From Dehalococcoidia bacterium (GTDB lineage Bacteria > Chloroflexota > Dehalococcoidia > Lucifugimonadales > CBDEGW01): a DNA stretch of 64,000 bases. Positions 1 to 8,302 of this stretch are shown here, piece after piece. The stretch lies in assembly GCA_965237935.1 (NCBI GenBank), contig OZ250168.1, positions 464,218 through 528,217 on the forward strand. Direction: 5' to 3'. Position 1 is the stretch's first letter; each line of letters opens with the position of its first letter. The notes under the pieces are model-generated. The model was not told the DNA's origin. It saw only the letters and a program-made list of their open reading frames with translations, and made no database searches. The translations under genes and the position numbers were made by a program.

Positions 1-400
1 GGGCCAGGTAGTTCCCGTACACCCCGAAGCCATAGACGGAGCCCTTGCACACGGGATGAATGCTGGACTGTATGCCGCGGACCGCGAGGTTGGTGAAGTG
101 CACCTCGATGACCGGGAAGCCTACCTGGTTGATGGCGTTTCGCAGCACCGACGCGCTGGTGGTGAAGCCTGCGGGGTTGATGACCGCGGCGTCGAAATCA
201 CGGTCGTGGGCGTCGTAAAGGGCGTTGGCCACCTCTCCTTCTATGTTGGAGTGGAAGGTCTCCACCTCGATGTCCAGGGTCGCAGCGTAGCCGCGTATCT
301 TGTCGTTGATCTGCTCCATGGTCTCCGAGCCGAAAAGCTCTATCTGGGTCCTGCCTCGCATGTTGAAGCCTGCGCCCTGGATCACCAGAACCTTGGTCAT
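1..400 (-). CDS. type II 3-dehydroquinate dehydratase-fold protein (AroQ-like); 3' end lies outside the window
   Basis: Absent from the ORF track because it runs off the window edge. ATG at 400..398 follows GGAGGTGA. Translation MTKVLVIQGAGFNMRGRTQIELFG..FHSNIEGE..VINPAGFTTSAS..PVIEVHFTNLAVRG follows the AroQ family layout, but catalytic positions are substituted (see findings). Confidence 0.7.
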   Translation of the reverse strand, partial: MTKVLVIQGAGFNMRGRTQIELFGSETMEQINDKIRGYAATLDIEVETFHSNIEGEVANALYDAHDRDFDAAVINPAGFTTSASVLRNAINQVGFPVIEVHFTNLAVRGIQSSIHPVCKGSVYGFGVYGNYLA

Positions 401-510
401 TAGCTCACCTCCCACGTTTGCTTTGAAGGCCCCCTTTAGCCTCGGACGCGACGACCTGATTGTAGCCCAGGAGACAGGGGTGTCAAGTGTGATCCCTGGC
501 ATAGGATGGC

Positions 511-541
511 TTGACGTTGGTATCCTTGAAAGGGATACACT
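511..541 (+). promoter_or_regulatory. putative promoter with embedded 6-bp inverted repeat, upstream of the 564..1370 cassette
   Basis: TTGACG at 511..516. GTATCC-N7-GGATAC inverted repeat at 520..538 overlaps a weak -10 (GATACA/TACACT). Confidence 0.3.
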
Positions 542-563
542 GGTTCGGCAAAGGGGGTGTGTT

Positions 564-749
564 ATGGATTCGCTGTTTCAGACATCCCGAGAGCCCAAGG
601 TCCTGGAGCTTGAGAAGACCGATGATGGTCAACTTCGGCTGATCATTACCCTTCAGAAGCTGGGGGTGGTGACAAAGCTGGAGTACTTCTTGGACCGGGA
701 TGAGGCGCTGTCGCTGAGCAGGGTGTTGGGCAAGGAGGCCACATCGTGA
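564..749 (+). CDS. hypothetical small protein (61 aa)
   Basis: ATG at 564 preceded by AAGGGGG with 6-nt spacing. It is the in-frame distal part of track ORF 300..749. I recognise no family. Confidence 0.45.
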   Translation: MDSLFQTSREPKVLELEKTDDGQLRLIITLQKLGVVTKLEYFLDRDEALSLSRVLGKEATS

Positions 750-785
750 TGGCCGGAGCCATCGCTGGGAAGAAGAGGTAGCCCG

Positions 786-1370
786 ATGATGTGGAGCACC
801 GTGTCCATTGCGGACAAACCCACAACCCTGCTGGTGGATGCCTCGCGCAACGTCCAGGGGTGGGAGGCGGAGTTCTGCGATCGCTTTTTCGCCAGTATGA
901 AGCGGCGCGATCTCTCCCTGATTGGCAGCGCGCCAATCCGAGTCGGTGATGCGGAAGAGCTAACATCATGCATGCGGCATCAGGAGGAGTTCAACTGCAT
1001 TCTGTTGTTCGGGCATGGAGAGGGAGAGAAGGACGCACCCTGGGCAAACCTTAGGAGCTACTGGGAATGGCTTAGCTCGCGAGCCGGGCTCTCTCCCAAG
1101 CTCTTCGCCGCGTGCACCTGGGAAAGCTACGACCCCGAGGTGAGCCAGGAGATCCTGGAGTCCCCAAACAGCTTCGCGCCCCGGGCGCTGGCCCCTCAAT
1201 CGGCCCTCACGCCTCGTGAGGCAGGTCTGTTTTACCTCAAGTTCTTCACCGAGCTGTACGACCACTCCATTGACAGTATCACAGGGAAGATGGCCTGGTT
1301 CTCCCACTCCAAGGCGAGGGCGCTGCCGCGTAGACGCAAGCTGCCGGGCAGCGTCGGCGTGCGATGCTAG
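786..1370 (+). CDS. hypothetical protein with minimal CHAT/caspase-like His-Cys layout
   Basis: Track ORF, 194 aa. Segments CILLFGHGEG, KLFAACTWES and LTPREAGLFYLKFFTEL resemble the order of CHAT-domain motifs (HG .. SAC .. FY..L). By-eye inference only. Confidence 0.55.
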   Translation: MMWSTVSIADKPTTLLVDASRNVQGWEAEFCDRFFASMKRRDLSLIGSAPIRVGDAEELTSCMRHQEEFNCILLFGHGEGEKDAPWANLRSYWEWLSSRAGLSPKLFAACTWESYDPEVSQEILESPNSFAPRALAPQSALTPREAGLFYLKFFTELYDHSIDSITGKMAWFSHSKARALPRRRKLPGSVGVRC

Positions 1371-1544
1371 GGCGAGGTCTCTCCTAGCCAAGCCTCGAAG
1401 TAGCTCGCCACCCCTTCCGTGTACTCCTCCGGGTACCCGCAAGCCTCATTTGATAGCACGCCTCATGGCCAACTCCACGTCAGCTTCGGGCGATTATACT
1501 AGAACCGCCAGCAATCAGCGTACAGGCATTTCGAAAGGCACCTT

Positions 1545-1799
1545 CTATTTAACAGGCGACCAGGTATCAGTCCGCGGGTCAAATACCTCCGCCAGCCGTG
1601 CTTTCCTAACTACGGACTAACTGCCTAAAACGGAACCTCCCACTACGAGAACTCTTCCATCAACCAAGAGGGTGGCGGTGTATTCGCTGCGGTTCCCTGG
1701 AGCTGTAAACGACCACTGCTCCATGGTAGGGTTCTGGAACAACACCCCACCGTTTGCGAGCAGAGTAGTGTCGAAGCTCAGGGAAAATGTCCGCCTAAG
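1545..1799 (-). pseudogene. Kelch-repeat protein gene, distal remnant
   Basis: Kelch-like DTTLLANGGVLF and YTATLLVDGRVLVVGG run to TAG at 1619..1617. The same frame then continues SVVRKARLAEVFDPRTDTWSPVK (another Kelch blade start) to a second TAG at 1547..1545. Confidence 0.6.
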
Positions 1800-3372
1800 T
1801 GTCAAGGGAAAATGTCATCTCGGTGGATTGCCATGCTAGCAGATTACGATACTTCCGACGTTGCGCGCGCCATGGGTGGTCTTTCAGCATTCATGTACTT
1901 CCTCACGGTTTCTCTATGTATGCCCAGTTCACGGGCGATCCCACGAATGGACAGCCCCTTGCGTTTCGCCTTCTGCACCGCCTTCCATCTCGCCGTCTGA
2001 AGTGGGGTGGGCTTTCTGGATCGCGGAGTCACAGTCTCGTGAACTTTTGCGGCGCCGTTGCGGTCAGCATGGTCGCGGAGTTTTTCCGCTTCGAGCATTG
2101 TGCCCATTAGCGCCACTTCGTCCTCCGACCTTCTGATTACACCGTTGGTGTAGCGGCTGGGAACAGTCGTGTGTACAGTCCTCGTGCCGAAGCTGCGCAG
2201 GATACTCGGACGGGGCGGCGCTTCCTGGGAGGCGACTATACGCCCTTCGTGTTGCACTGCCAGTCGGCCGTCCAGCCCTTCGAGTACATCCACCACCGAT
2301 CCGGCATAGCTCGGTCGACCCTTGTCGGGAAGCAACTGTAGGGTGCGCCAGCGGTACTTCACTGTGTTGTCTCGGCCAACCCTGCGCCTGTACTTCAGGC
2401 ATAGGACTGTGTCCAGGCACATCCCCGGATCCAGGACCCGATACGAGGTGTCTGCGTGCTCCGACGGCACACGAAAGCGTTCATTGAAGCGGGGAAGGAA
2501 GTCGTTGAGCACGCGGTTAGCGTCATCGATGGCGGTCGCGCCTGCGAGTCTCAGTTCCGTGACCAGCCTGTCCTGAAGTGTGCCCGCGGTGCGTTCCACC
2601 CGGCCTTTGGCTTGCGGTGACCGTGCGAATATCAGCTGTACGCCGATCTCACCCATCGCGCGCGAGAACTGGGTGGGAGCGGCGGCGGTCTCTGACGGCG
2701 GCGTGTGCTTGAAGACGGCATGACGGTCTGAATAGAGTGCGAGCGGTATACCGTAGCTCTGTATCAGATGCCGCATCAGCAGGAAGTAGCTGCGGGTGTT
2801 TTCCAACTCGCAGAACAGGGCATTGACGACACAGCCAGTAGCATCGTCCACCGCCAGCAGTAACGTGAACTGGGGTCCATCTTCTCCCAGCCATCTGTGG
2901 TAGCTGCCGTCTATCTGTATCAGCATTCCCTCGCGAGCCATCCGCTGCCGTCGAACACGATGCTTCGGCGGCCTGCGACGACGAGGACTGTTCACACCGA
3001 CGTTGGTCAGTATCTTGCGCAACGTGTTACGACCGATGTCTATGCCCTCTCGCTCCCTCAGCAGCTCACCCAGGTGCGTGTGGTTGACTCCCGCGTATCG
3101 GGTCCGCGCCAGAAGCACCACATCGTTCGCCAACGAGTCCGGCGTAGCGTTGGCCGGCCTGCGACCTCGATTGCCGTGAGCGAGTGCGGCTGCTCCTCTC
3201 TGCTCGTACGCCGCCAGGATACGCCTGGTGTGGCGCGCGCTCACTCCCATCAATGTCGCTGCCTGCTCGATGGTCATATGGTCCGCCATCAAACTGCTGA
3301 ATACCTGAAGCCTTGCTTGCTCTTTCTGCGTCAATCTCAATGTCTCCATCATGGGGACATTTTCGCTTGACA
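1800..3372 (-). mobile_element. insertion sequence, ISNCY family (IS1202-group-like)
   Basis: 17-bp terminal inverted repeats: TGTCAAGGGAAAATGTC (1800..1816) and GACATTTTCGCTTGACA (3356..3372), 16/17 matching. They start with TGT as described for the IS1202 group. One transposase gene; Kelch-coding sequence on both flanks. Confidence 0.75.
1844..3352 (-). CDS. DDE transposase (HTH + rve integrase core), ISNCY-type
   Basis: 502 aa. N-terminal HTH (MTIEQAATLMGVSARHTRRIL), DDE-core-like IQIDGSYHRWL .. LYSDRHAVF .. QAKGRVERTAGTLQDRL, and a C-terminal second HTH (GLSIRGIARELGIHRETVRKYM). Confidence 0.9.
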   Translation of the reverse strand: MMETLRLTQKEQARLQVFSSLMADHMTIEQAATLMGVSARHTRRILAAYEQRGAAALAHGNRGRRPANATPDSLANDVVLLARTRYAGVNHTHLGELLREREGIDIGRNTLRKILTNVGVNSPRRRRPPKHRVRRQRMAREGMLIQIDGSYHRWLGEDGPQFTLLLAVDDATGCVVNALFCELENTRSYFLLMRHLIQSYGIPLALYSDRHAVFKHTPPSETAAAPTQFSRAMGEIGVQLIFARSPQAKGRVERTAGTLQDRLVTELRLAGATAIDDANRVLNDFLPRFNERFRVPSEHADTSYRVLDPGMCLDTVLCLKYRRRVGRDNTVKYRWRTLQLLPDKGRPSYAGSVVDVLEGLDGRLAVQHEGRIVASQEAPPRPSILRSFGTRTVHTTVPSRYTNGVIRRSEDEVALMGTMLEAEKLRDHADRNGAAKVHETVTPRSRKPTPLQTARWKAVQKAKRKGLSIRGIARELGIHRETVRKYMNAERPPMARATSEVS

Positions 3373-4360
3373 GTTAGCAAGGACAGAATCGCTGAGCAAC
3401 AACAAGAGTAGTGTGACAATACCGCACCAGGCAAATAGAACTCGTAGCCACCCATTGCCCGCTTTCTGGATCATACACTTCAGCGTAAGTGTCGAGGAGC
3501 CCGTGCCCTCTCGCACCTCTCATGACCAACACCCGGCCGTCGGCCAGGAGGGTAGCACTTGGAAACAGCGGTGCCTGGGCCATTGAACCCGTAGCCGTCC
3601 ATTGCCCGCTTTTTGGATCATACACTTCAGCCGAAGTAAGAAACTCGAACTCTTTCCCCATACTCTCTCCCACGACACCTCCCACGACTAATACCCGGTC
3701 GTCGCCGAGGAGAGTGGCCGCGGGACCCCGCCGCTGCCGGCCCATGGAACTCGTTACCGTCCATTGCCCGCTTTTTGGATCATACACTTTAGCCGAAACT
3801 GTACCTCCTCCCACAACCAGCACTTGCCCGTCGGCCAGAAGAGTGACGGTGTGGTTACTGCGCTCTTGAGTCATAGGATCCGTAGCCGTCCACTTTTCTG
3901 TTTTTGGATTGTACACCTCCGCAGATGTGCCACCCCCTCCCATAATCAGCACACGCCCGTCAGCCAGGAGTGTCGCCGTGTGCCCCCGACGGACGCGTCC
4001 CATTGAGCCTGCGGGCGACCATGTTCCAGTCTCCGGATGATACACCTCAGCCGAAGCCGTACCTCCTCCCACAACCAGCACTCGTCCGTCGTCCAGGAGA
4101 GTAGCGGTGTGGCCACTGCGGGCCTGGGCCATCGAGCGCGTAGGCTTCAATTTCCCATTCTTGGGGTCATACTCCCCCGCAGAACCTTCGAACCTGGAGT
4201 CTCCTCCTCCCGCGACCAATACACGGCCGTCGGCCAGGAGAGTGGCAGTATGACCACTGCGCAGCGTCCTGTGCTCGAAGTCGAATTCCTGGCATCCGAG
4301 TCCCGCTGCGGCCAGCAAAGCCAATCCAAGGAGAAAGAAGCCACATTTGAATAGGGACAT
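3373..4360 (-). pseudogene. Kelch-repeat secreted/lipoprotein-like gene, proximal part, truncated by the IS
   Basis: AGGAGG then ATG at 4360. Signal peptide MSLFKCGFFLLGLALLAAAGLGC, then six to seven HTATLLxDGRVLVxGG / AEVYDPxxGxW blades. The frame runs into the IS end and stops at 3374. Confidence 0.75.
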
Positions 4361-4595
4361 GTTCTGCCTCCTAGTTCGTTGCATACGACCATCTTACGAG
4401 GCATCTGACTAACCAGTAAGTTACAGAGTAACCGTCTTTGGACGTTCTTGCGTACCAGGTTTTCATAGTGCAAATGGACTATGATTCCAGGCATCGTACA
4501 CCACTTGTGCCTCCCGTTGATGACGCGGCTCCCTCATGTAGTGATATGCTAGGCGCCAGAAGCGGCCAGCATAAGCCGATTTGGAGGCTCGCACC

Positions 4596-5564
4596 ATGGA
4601 CATCCCCACCTTCAAGGACGTTCTCCAGGCGCGACAGGTGGTCTACCAGCACGTCTCGCGGACGCCCCTCCACCACTACCCGGCCCTGAGCGCCCTGGTG
4701 GGAGCGGAGGTCTACCTGAAGCATGAGAACCACCACGCCCGTGGCTCCTTCAAAGTCCGTGGGGGCGTCAACTTCATGACTCACCTCTCGCCTGAGGAGC
4801 GTAAACGAGGCGTGATCACCTCCTCCACCGGCAATCACGGGCAGTCCATCGCCTACGCGGGGCGGGCCTTCGGCGTAAAGGCGGTCGTCGTCGTGCCGGA
4901 GGGCAGCAACCCCAACAAGCTGGAGGCCATGCGTAACCTGGACGCCGAGGTCATCGTCCACGGCTCCATGTTCGACGAGTCCCGGGCCCACGCCGAGATG
5001 CTGACCAGAGAGATGGGGTACCGGTACGTCCATGCCGCCAACGAGCCGCTGCTCATCGCGGGCGTGGCCACCTACACCCTGGAGGTCTTCGAGGACCTGC
5101 CCCAGGTGGACTACCTCTTCGTGCCCTTGGGAGGCGGCAGCGGCGCCTCTGGAGCCTGCATCGTGGCCAAGACCCTGAACCCCTCCACCCAGGTCATCGC
5201 CGTCCAGTCCGAGGCGGCGCCAGCGGGCTACCTCTCCTGGAAGGGGGGCCGCCTAGTGGAGGCGGAGATGTCCACCTTCGCCGAGGGCCTTGCCACCAGC
5301 ACTGCCTACGAGCTGCCACAGAGCATCATCCAGGATCTGCTGGACGACTTCCTTCTGGTCAGCGACGACGAGATCAAAGAGGCCATAGTCCACCTCTTGC
5401 AGCGGGCCCACACCCTGGCCGAAGGGGCAGGGGCCACCGCCCTGGCCGGCGCCATCAAGGCCCGGGACCGGCTGGCGGGCAAGAAGGTGGCGGTGGTGGT
5501 GAGCGGCGGCAACATCACTGTGCAGCAGCTTTCCGGCATCCTCCGAGAGACCCAGGTCGCCTAG
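4596..5564 (+). CDS. PLP-dependent threonine/serine dehydratase family enzyme
   Basis: GGAGG 8 nt before ATG 4596. GSFKVRGG lysine motif and SSTGNHGQS, typical of the IlvA/TdcB/serine racemase fold-type II family. Confidence 0.85.
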   Translation: MDIPTFKDVLQARQVVYQHVSRTPLHHYPALSALVGAEVYLKHENHHARGSFKVRGGVNFMTHLSPEERKRGVITSSTGNHGQSIAYAGRAFGVKAVVVVPEGSNPNKLEAMRNLDAEVIVHGSMFDESRAHAEMLTREMGYRYVHAANEPLLIAGVATYTLEVFEDLPQVDYLFVPLGGGSGASGACIVAKTLNPSTQVIAVQSEAAPAGYLSWKGGRLVEAEMSTFAEGLATSTAYELPQSIIQDLLDDFLLVSDDEIKEAIVHLLQRAHTLAEGAGATALAGAIKARDRLAGKKVAVVVSGGNITVQQLSGILRETQVA

Positions 5565-5669
5565 CCGTACCCCCCTTGACACCCTCCGCATGTACGGAGA
5601 CAATCCCACCATTGGTGAAAGTCCACCCCGTTAGAGGGGTGACGTATCCCGGGGCGCAGGAGATTCCCC

Positions 5670-7229
5670 ATGTTCGACATCCTTATCAAAGGCGGCCGCG
5701 TGGTCGATGGCACGGGCCAGACCTGGTTCAGGGCCGACGTCGGCGTGGAGGGCGACTCGCTGACGGTCCTGCGAGGGGACACCTCCGCGGTCGAAGCCGG
5801 TCGGATCATCGACGCCTCGGGATGCGTCGTCTGCCCCGGCTTCATCGACATGCACTCCCACTCGGACCTGGCCATGCTCACCAACCCCCGGCACGAAGCC
5901 AAGGTCAGCCAGGGCGTCACCACAGAGGCCCTGGGCCAGGACGGCCTCTCTTACGCTCCCATATCCCCCCAAAACCTGGAGCCCCTCCTTCACTACCTGG
6001 CCGCCGTCAACGGCCTTCCTCCCGAAGGCGTGCGATGGAGCTCCGTGAAGGAGTTCCTGGACCTCTTCGACAACCGCGCCTCATGCAACGTGGTCTTCTT
6101 CGTTCCCCACGCCTCAATACGTATCGAGGCCATGGGCTGGGAGGCTCGTCTACCCACCCCTGGTGAGTTAAAGCGTATGCAGGAGCTGGTGATCTCCGGG
6201 ATAAAGGATGGGGCCTTCGGCTTCTCCACGGGCCTTACCTACACCCCCGGCACCTACAGCGACACCAACGAACTGGTCGAGGTGTGTCGCGCCATCAGAG
6301 ACCTGGGCGGCATATACGTGACCCACTGCCGCTACTCCCTGGGAGACGGGTTGCTGGACCCCTTCCGAGAAGCCATAACCATCGGCAGAGAGAGCGGCGT
6401 CCCCGTTCATATATCCCACTACCACAACCCTCTAGACGGCATGGGGGAGAAGATGCTGACCCTGGTAGACGAGGGACGAGACGCCGGCGTGGACGTCACC
6501 TTTGATCAGTACCCCTACGCCGCCGCCAGTACCCTGCTTCTCTCTCTGATCCCTGCCTGGGTCCATGCAGGCGGGCCTCAGATGCTCCTGGAGCGCATCA
6601 AGAGCCGTCAGGTGCGGGACCAGATCAAGGATGGCGTCTATCCCCAGTGGGGCGGTGGCCTGGAGAACTACATCTTTAGCCAGATCGGCTCCCCAAAGAA
6701 CAAGGAGTGGGAGGGCAGGTCCCTGGTGGACTTGGCCAGGGCCCAGGACAAATCCATGGTGGACACCGTCTGCGACCTTCTCATCGAGGAGAACCTGAAC
6801 GTGGCCTTCGTTGCCAGGACGGGCAATCCGGACAATATCCGCACCATCATCAAGCATCCTGCCCAGATGGTGGGCAGCGACGGGCTTCTCACCGGCGAGA
6901 AACCCAACCCTCGCAGCTACGGCACCTTCCCCTTCATCCTGGGTCACATCGTGCGAGACGAGAAGCTCCTAAGTCTGGAGGATGCGGTGCGGAAGATGAC
7001 CTCCAACCCAGCCCAGCGCCTTGGCTTGAGGGACCGGGGTATCCTGAGAGATGGCATGAAGGCGGATGTGGTAGTCTTCAACCCGGACACTGTGCGGGCC
7101 ACAACCACTTACGAGGAGCCCAAGCAGCTCCCAGAAGGAATCGACTACGTTCTGGTCAACGGCAAGCTGGTCATCGACAAGGGACGGCACACGGGCGCCC
7201 TACCCGGCCGGGCTCTAAGGCACACCTGA
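5670..7229 (+). CDS. D-aminoacylase (N-acyl-D-amino-acid deacylase) family amidohydrolase
   Basis: 519 aa. MFDILIKGGRVVDGTG .. CPGFIDMHSHSD metal-binding motif and overall length typical of D-aminoacylases. Confidence 0.85.
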   Translation: MFDILIKGGRVVDGTGQTWFRADVGVEGDSLTVLRGDTSAVEAGRIIDASGCVVCPGFIDMHSHSDLAMLTNPRHEAKVSQGVTTEALGQDGLSYAPISPQNLEPLLHYLAAVNGLPPEGVRWSSVKEFLDLFDNRASCNVVFFVPHASIRIEAMGWEARLPTPGELKRMQELVISGIKDGAFGFSTGLTYTPGTYSDTNELVEVCRAIRDLGGIYVTHCRYSLGDGLLDPFREAITIGRESGVPVHISHYHNPLDGMGEKMLTLVDEGRDAGVDVTFDQYPYAAASTLLLSLIPAWVHAGGPQMLLERIKSRQVRDQIKDGVYPQWGGGLENYIFSQIGSPKNKEWEGRSLVDLARAQDKSMVDTVCDLLIEENLNVAFVARTGNPDNIRTIIKHPAQMVGSDGLLTGEKPNPRSYGTFPFILGHIVRDEKLLSLEDAVRKMTSNPAQRLGLRDRGILRDGMKADVVVFNPDTVRATTTYEEPKQLPEGIDYVLVNGKLVIDKGRHTGALPGRALRHT

Positions 7230-7251
7230 TCTCGATTTCAAGGAGGGACCT

Positions 7252-7836
7252 ATGTCAACTAACCCCAGCGGAAAGAGTCCTATCGAGCTGTACGTCAGCG
7301 CCATGGAGCGCACCAAGCGCTACGTCGCCGGCGTAAGGCCCGATCAGTGGACGGGCCCCACGCCCTGCACCGACTGGAACGTCCGACAGCTTGTGGGACA
7401 CATTGTGTCGGAAAACTTGTGGGCAGCCGAGCTCTTCAAGGAGAAGACCATGGCGGAGGTGGGCGATCGCCTGGATGGCGACCTTCTGGGCAGCGACCCT
7501 AAGGCGGCCTATGACAACTCGGTGCAGGTGGCCAAGGCCACCGTCGAGGCGCCAGGCGCTATGGAAGCGGTTTGCCACGTCTCGTATGGGGATATCTCCG
7601 GAGCGAACTATGCCGGCGACCTCTTCACCGACCTTCTCATCCACGGGTGGGATATCGCCAAGGCTACAGGCCAGGACACTACCCTGGACCCCGACCTGGT
7701 GGCCGTCTGCTATGCTAGGGTGGAGCCCATCAAAGACGATCTCCGGGCCAGCGGGGCCTTCGGGTCTGATATTCAGGTAGCCCCAGATGCGGACCTACAA
7801 ACCAAGTTATTGGCGCTGCTGGGCCGGCAGGCATAG
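7252..7836 (+). CDS. DinB/maleylpyruvate-isomerase-N-terminal-like metal-binding protein (TIGR03086-like)
   Basis: 194 aa. VRPDQWTGPTPCTDWNVRQLVGHIV motif. AAGGAGG before the ATG. Confidence 0.7.
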   Translation: MSTNPSGKSPIELYVSAMERTKRYVAGVRPDQWTGPTPCTDWNVRQLVGHIVSENLWAAELFKEKTMAEVGDRLDGDLLGSDPKAAYDNSVQVAKATVEAPGAMEAVCHVSYGDISGANYAGDLFTDLLIHGWDIAKATGQDTTLDPDLVAVCYARVEPIKDDLRASGAFGSDIQVAPDADLQTKLLALLGRQA

Positions 7837-7892
7837 GGAAGTAGAGGGGAGAGCTAAGGGGTAGATTCTATTTTTCTGGGAACATCAAGTCC

Positions 7893-7922
7893 TTGACAGC
7901 GTTGGAAGAAGGGTTCTATATT
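7893..7922 (+). promoter_or_regulatory. putative sigma70-type promoter for the zf-UBP/egtD unit
   Basis: TTGACA (7893..7898), 18-nt spacer, TATATT (7917..7922). Confidence 0.4.
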
Positions 7923-7984
7923 CACCCTGAATCGGAATCAGTGTCTGCTTTGGCGCATTAAATTGAATTGTAGGAGAGGATGCC

Positions 7985-8272
7985 ATGACTCACCCACTAG
8001 TGGACGAATCCACCATGCTGAAAACGGAATGTGAGCATTTCGCCACGCAGGTCGTGGACGAGGTGCAGCCCCTGTCCGACGTCTGCCAGGACTGCGGCCT
8101 GGACAGGCCCCTACGCATGTGCGCTACTTGCGGCTACGTCGGCTGCTGCGAGTCCAGGGCCTCCCACGACACCCTGCACTGGGAGAAGACGGGCCACTCC
8201 CTCATCCGGAGGCTGCCGCTGGCGGAAGACTCCTTCACCTACTGCTACGAGCACAAGAAGTACCTCAAGTAG
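7985..8272 (+). CDS. UBP-type zinc-finger domain protein
   Basis: 95 aa. CQDCG .. LRMCATCGYVGCC .. HDTLHWEKTGH is the zf-UBP Cys/His pattern. Confidence 0.8.
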   Translation: MTHPLVDESTMLKTECEHFATQVVDEVQPLSDVCQDCGLDRPLRMCATCGYVGCCESRASHDTLHWEKTGHSLIRRLPLAEDSFTYCYEHKKYLK

Positions 8273-8302
8273 TTTGGCCAAGCCGTAGTAGCGGAGGGAC
8301 CG

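Noticed and set aside
749-781. 10-codon mini-ORF (MAGAIAGKKR) after AAGGAGG, between the two cassette genes.
   Set aside because: It is too short to support. The SD-like sequence is part of the coding 3' end of the upstream gene. It was noted only as a possible coupling artefact.
3374-4384. The periodic repeats as a CRISPR array or a non-coding tandem repeat.
   Set aside because: The ~147-162-bp periodicity lies inside one long ORF and translates into Kelch blades. There is no short repeat/spacer organisation.
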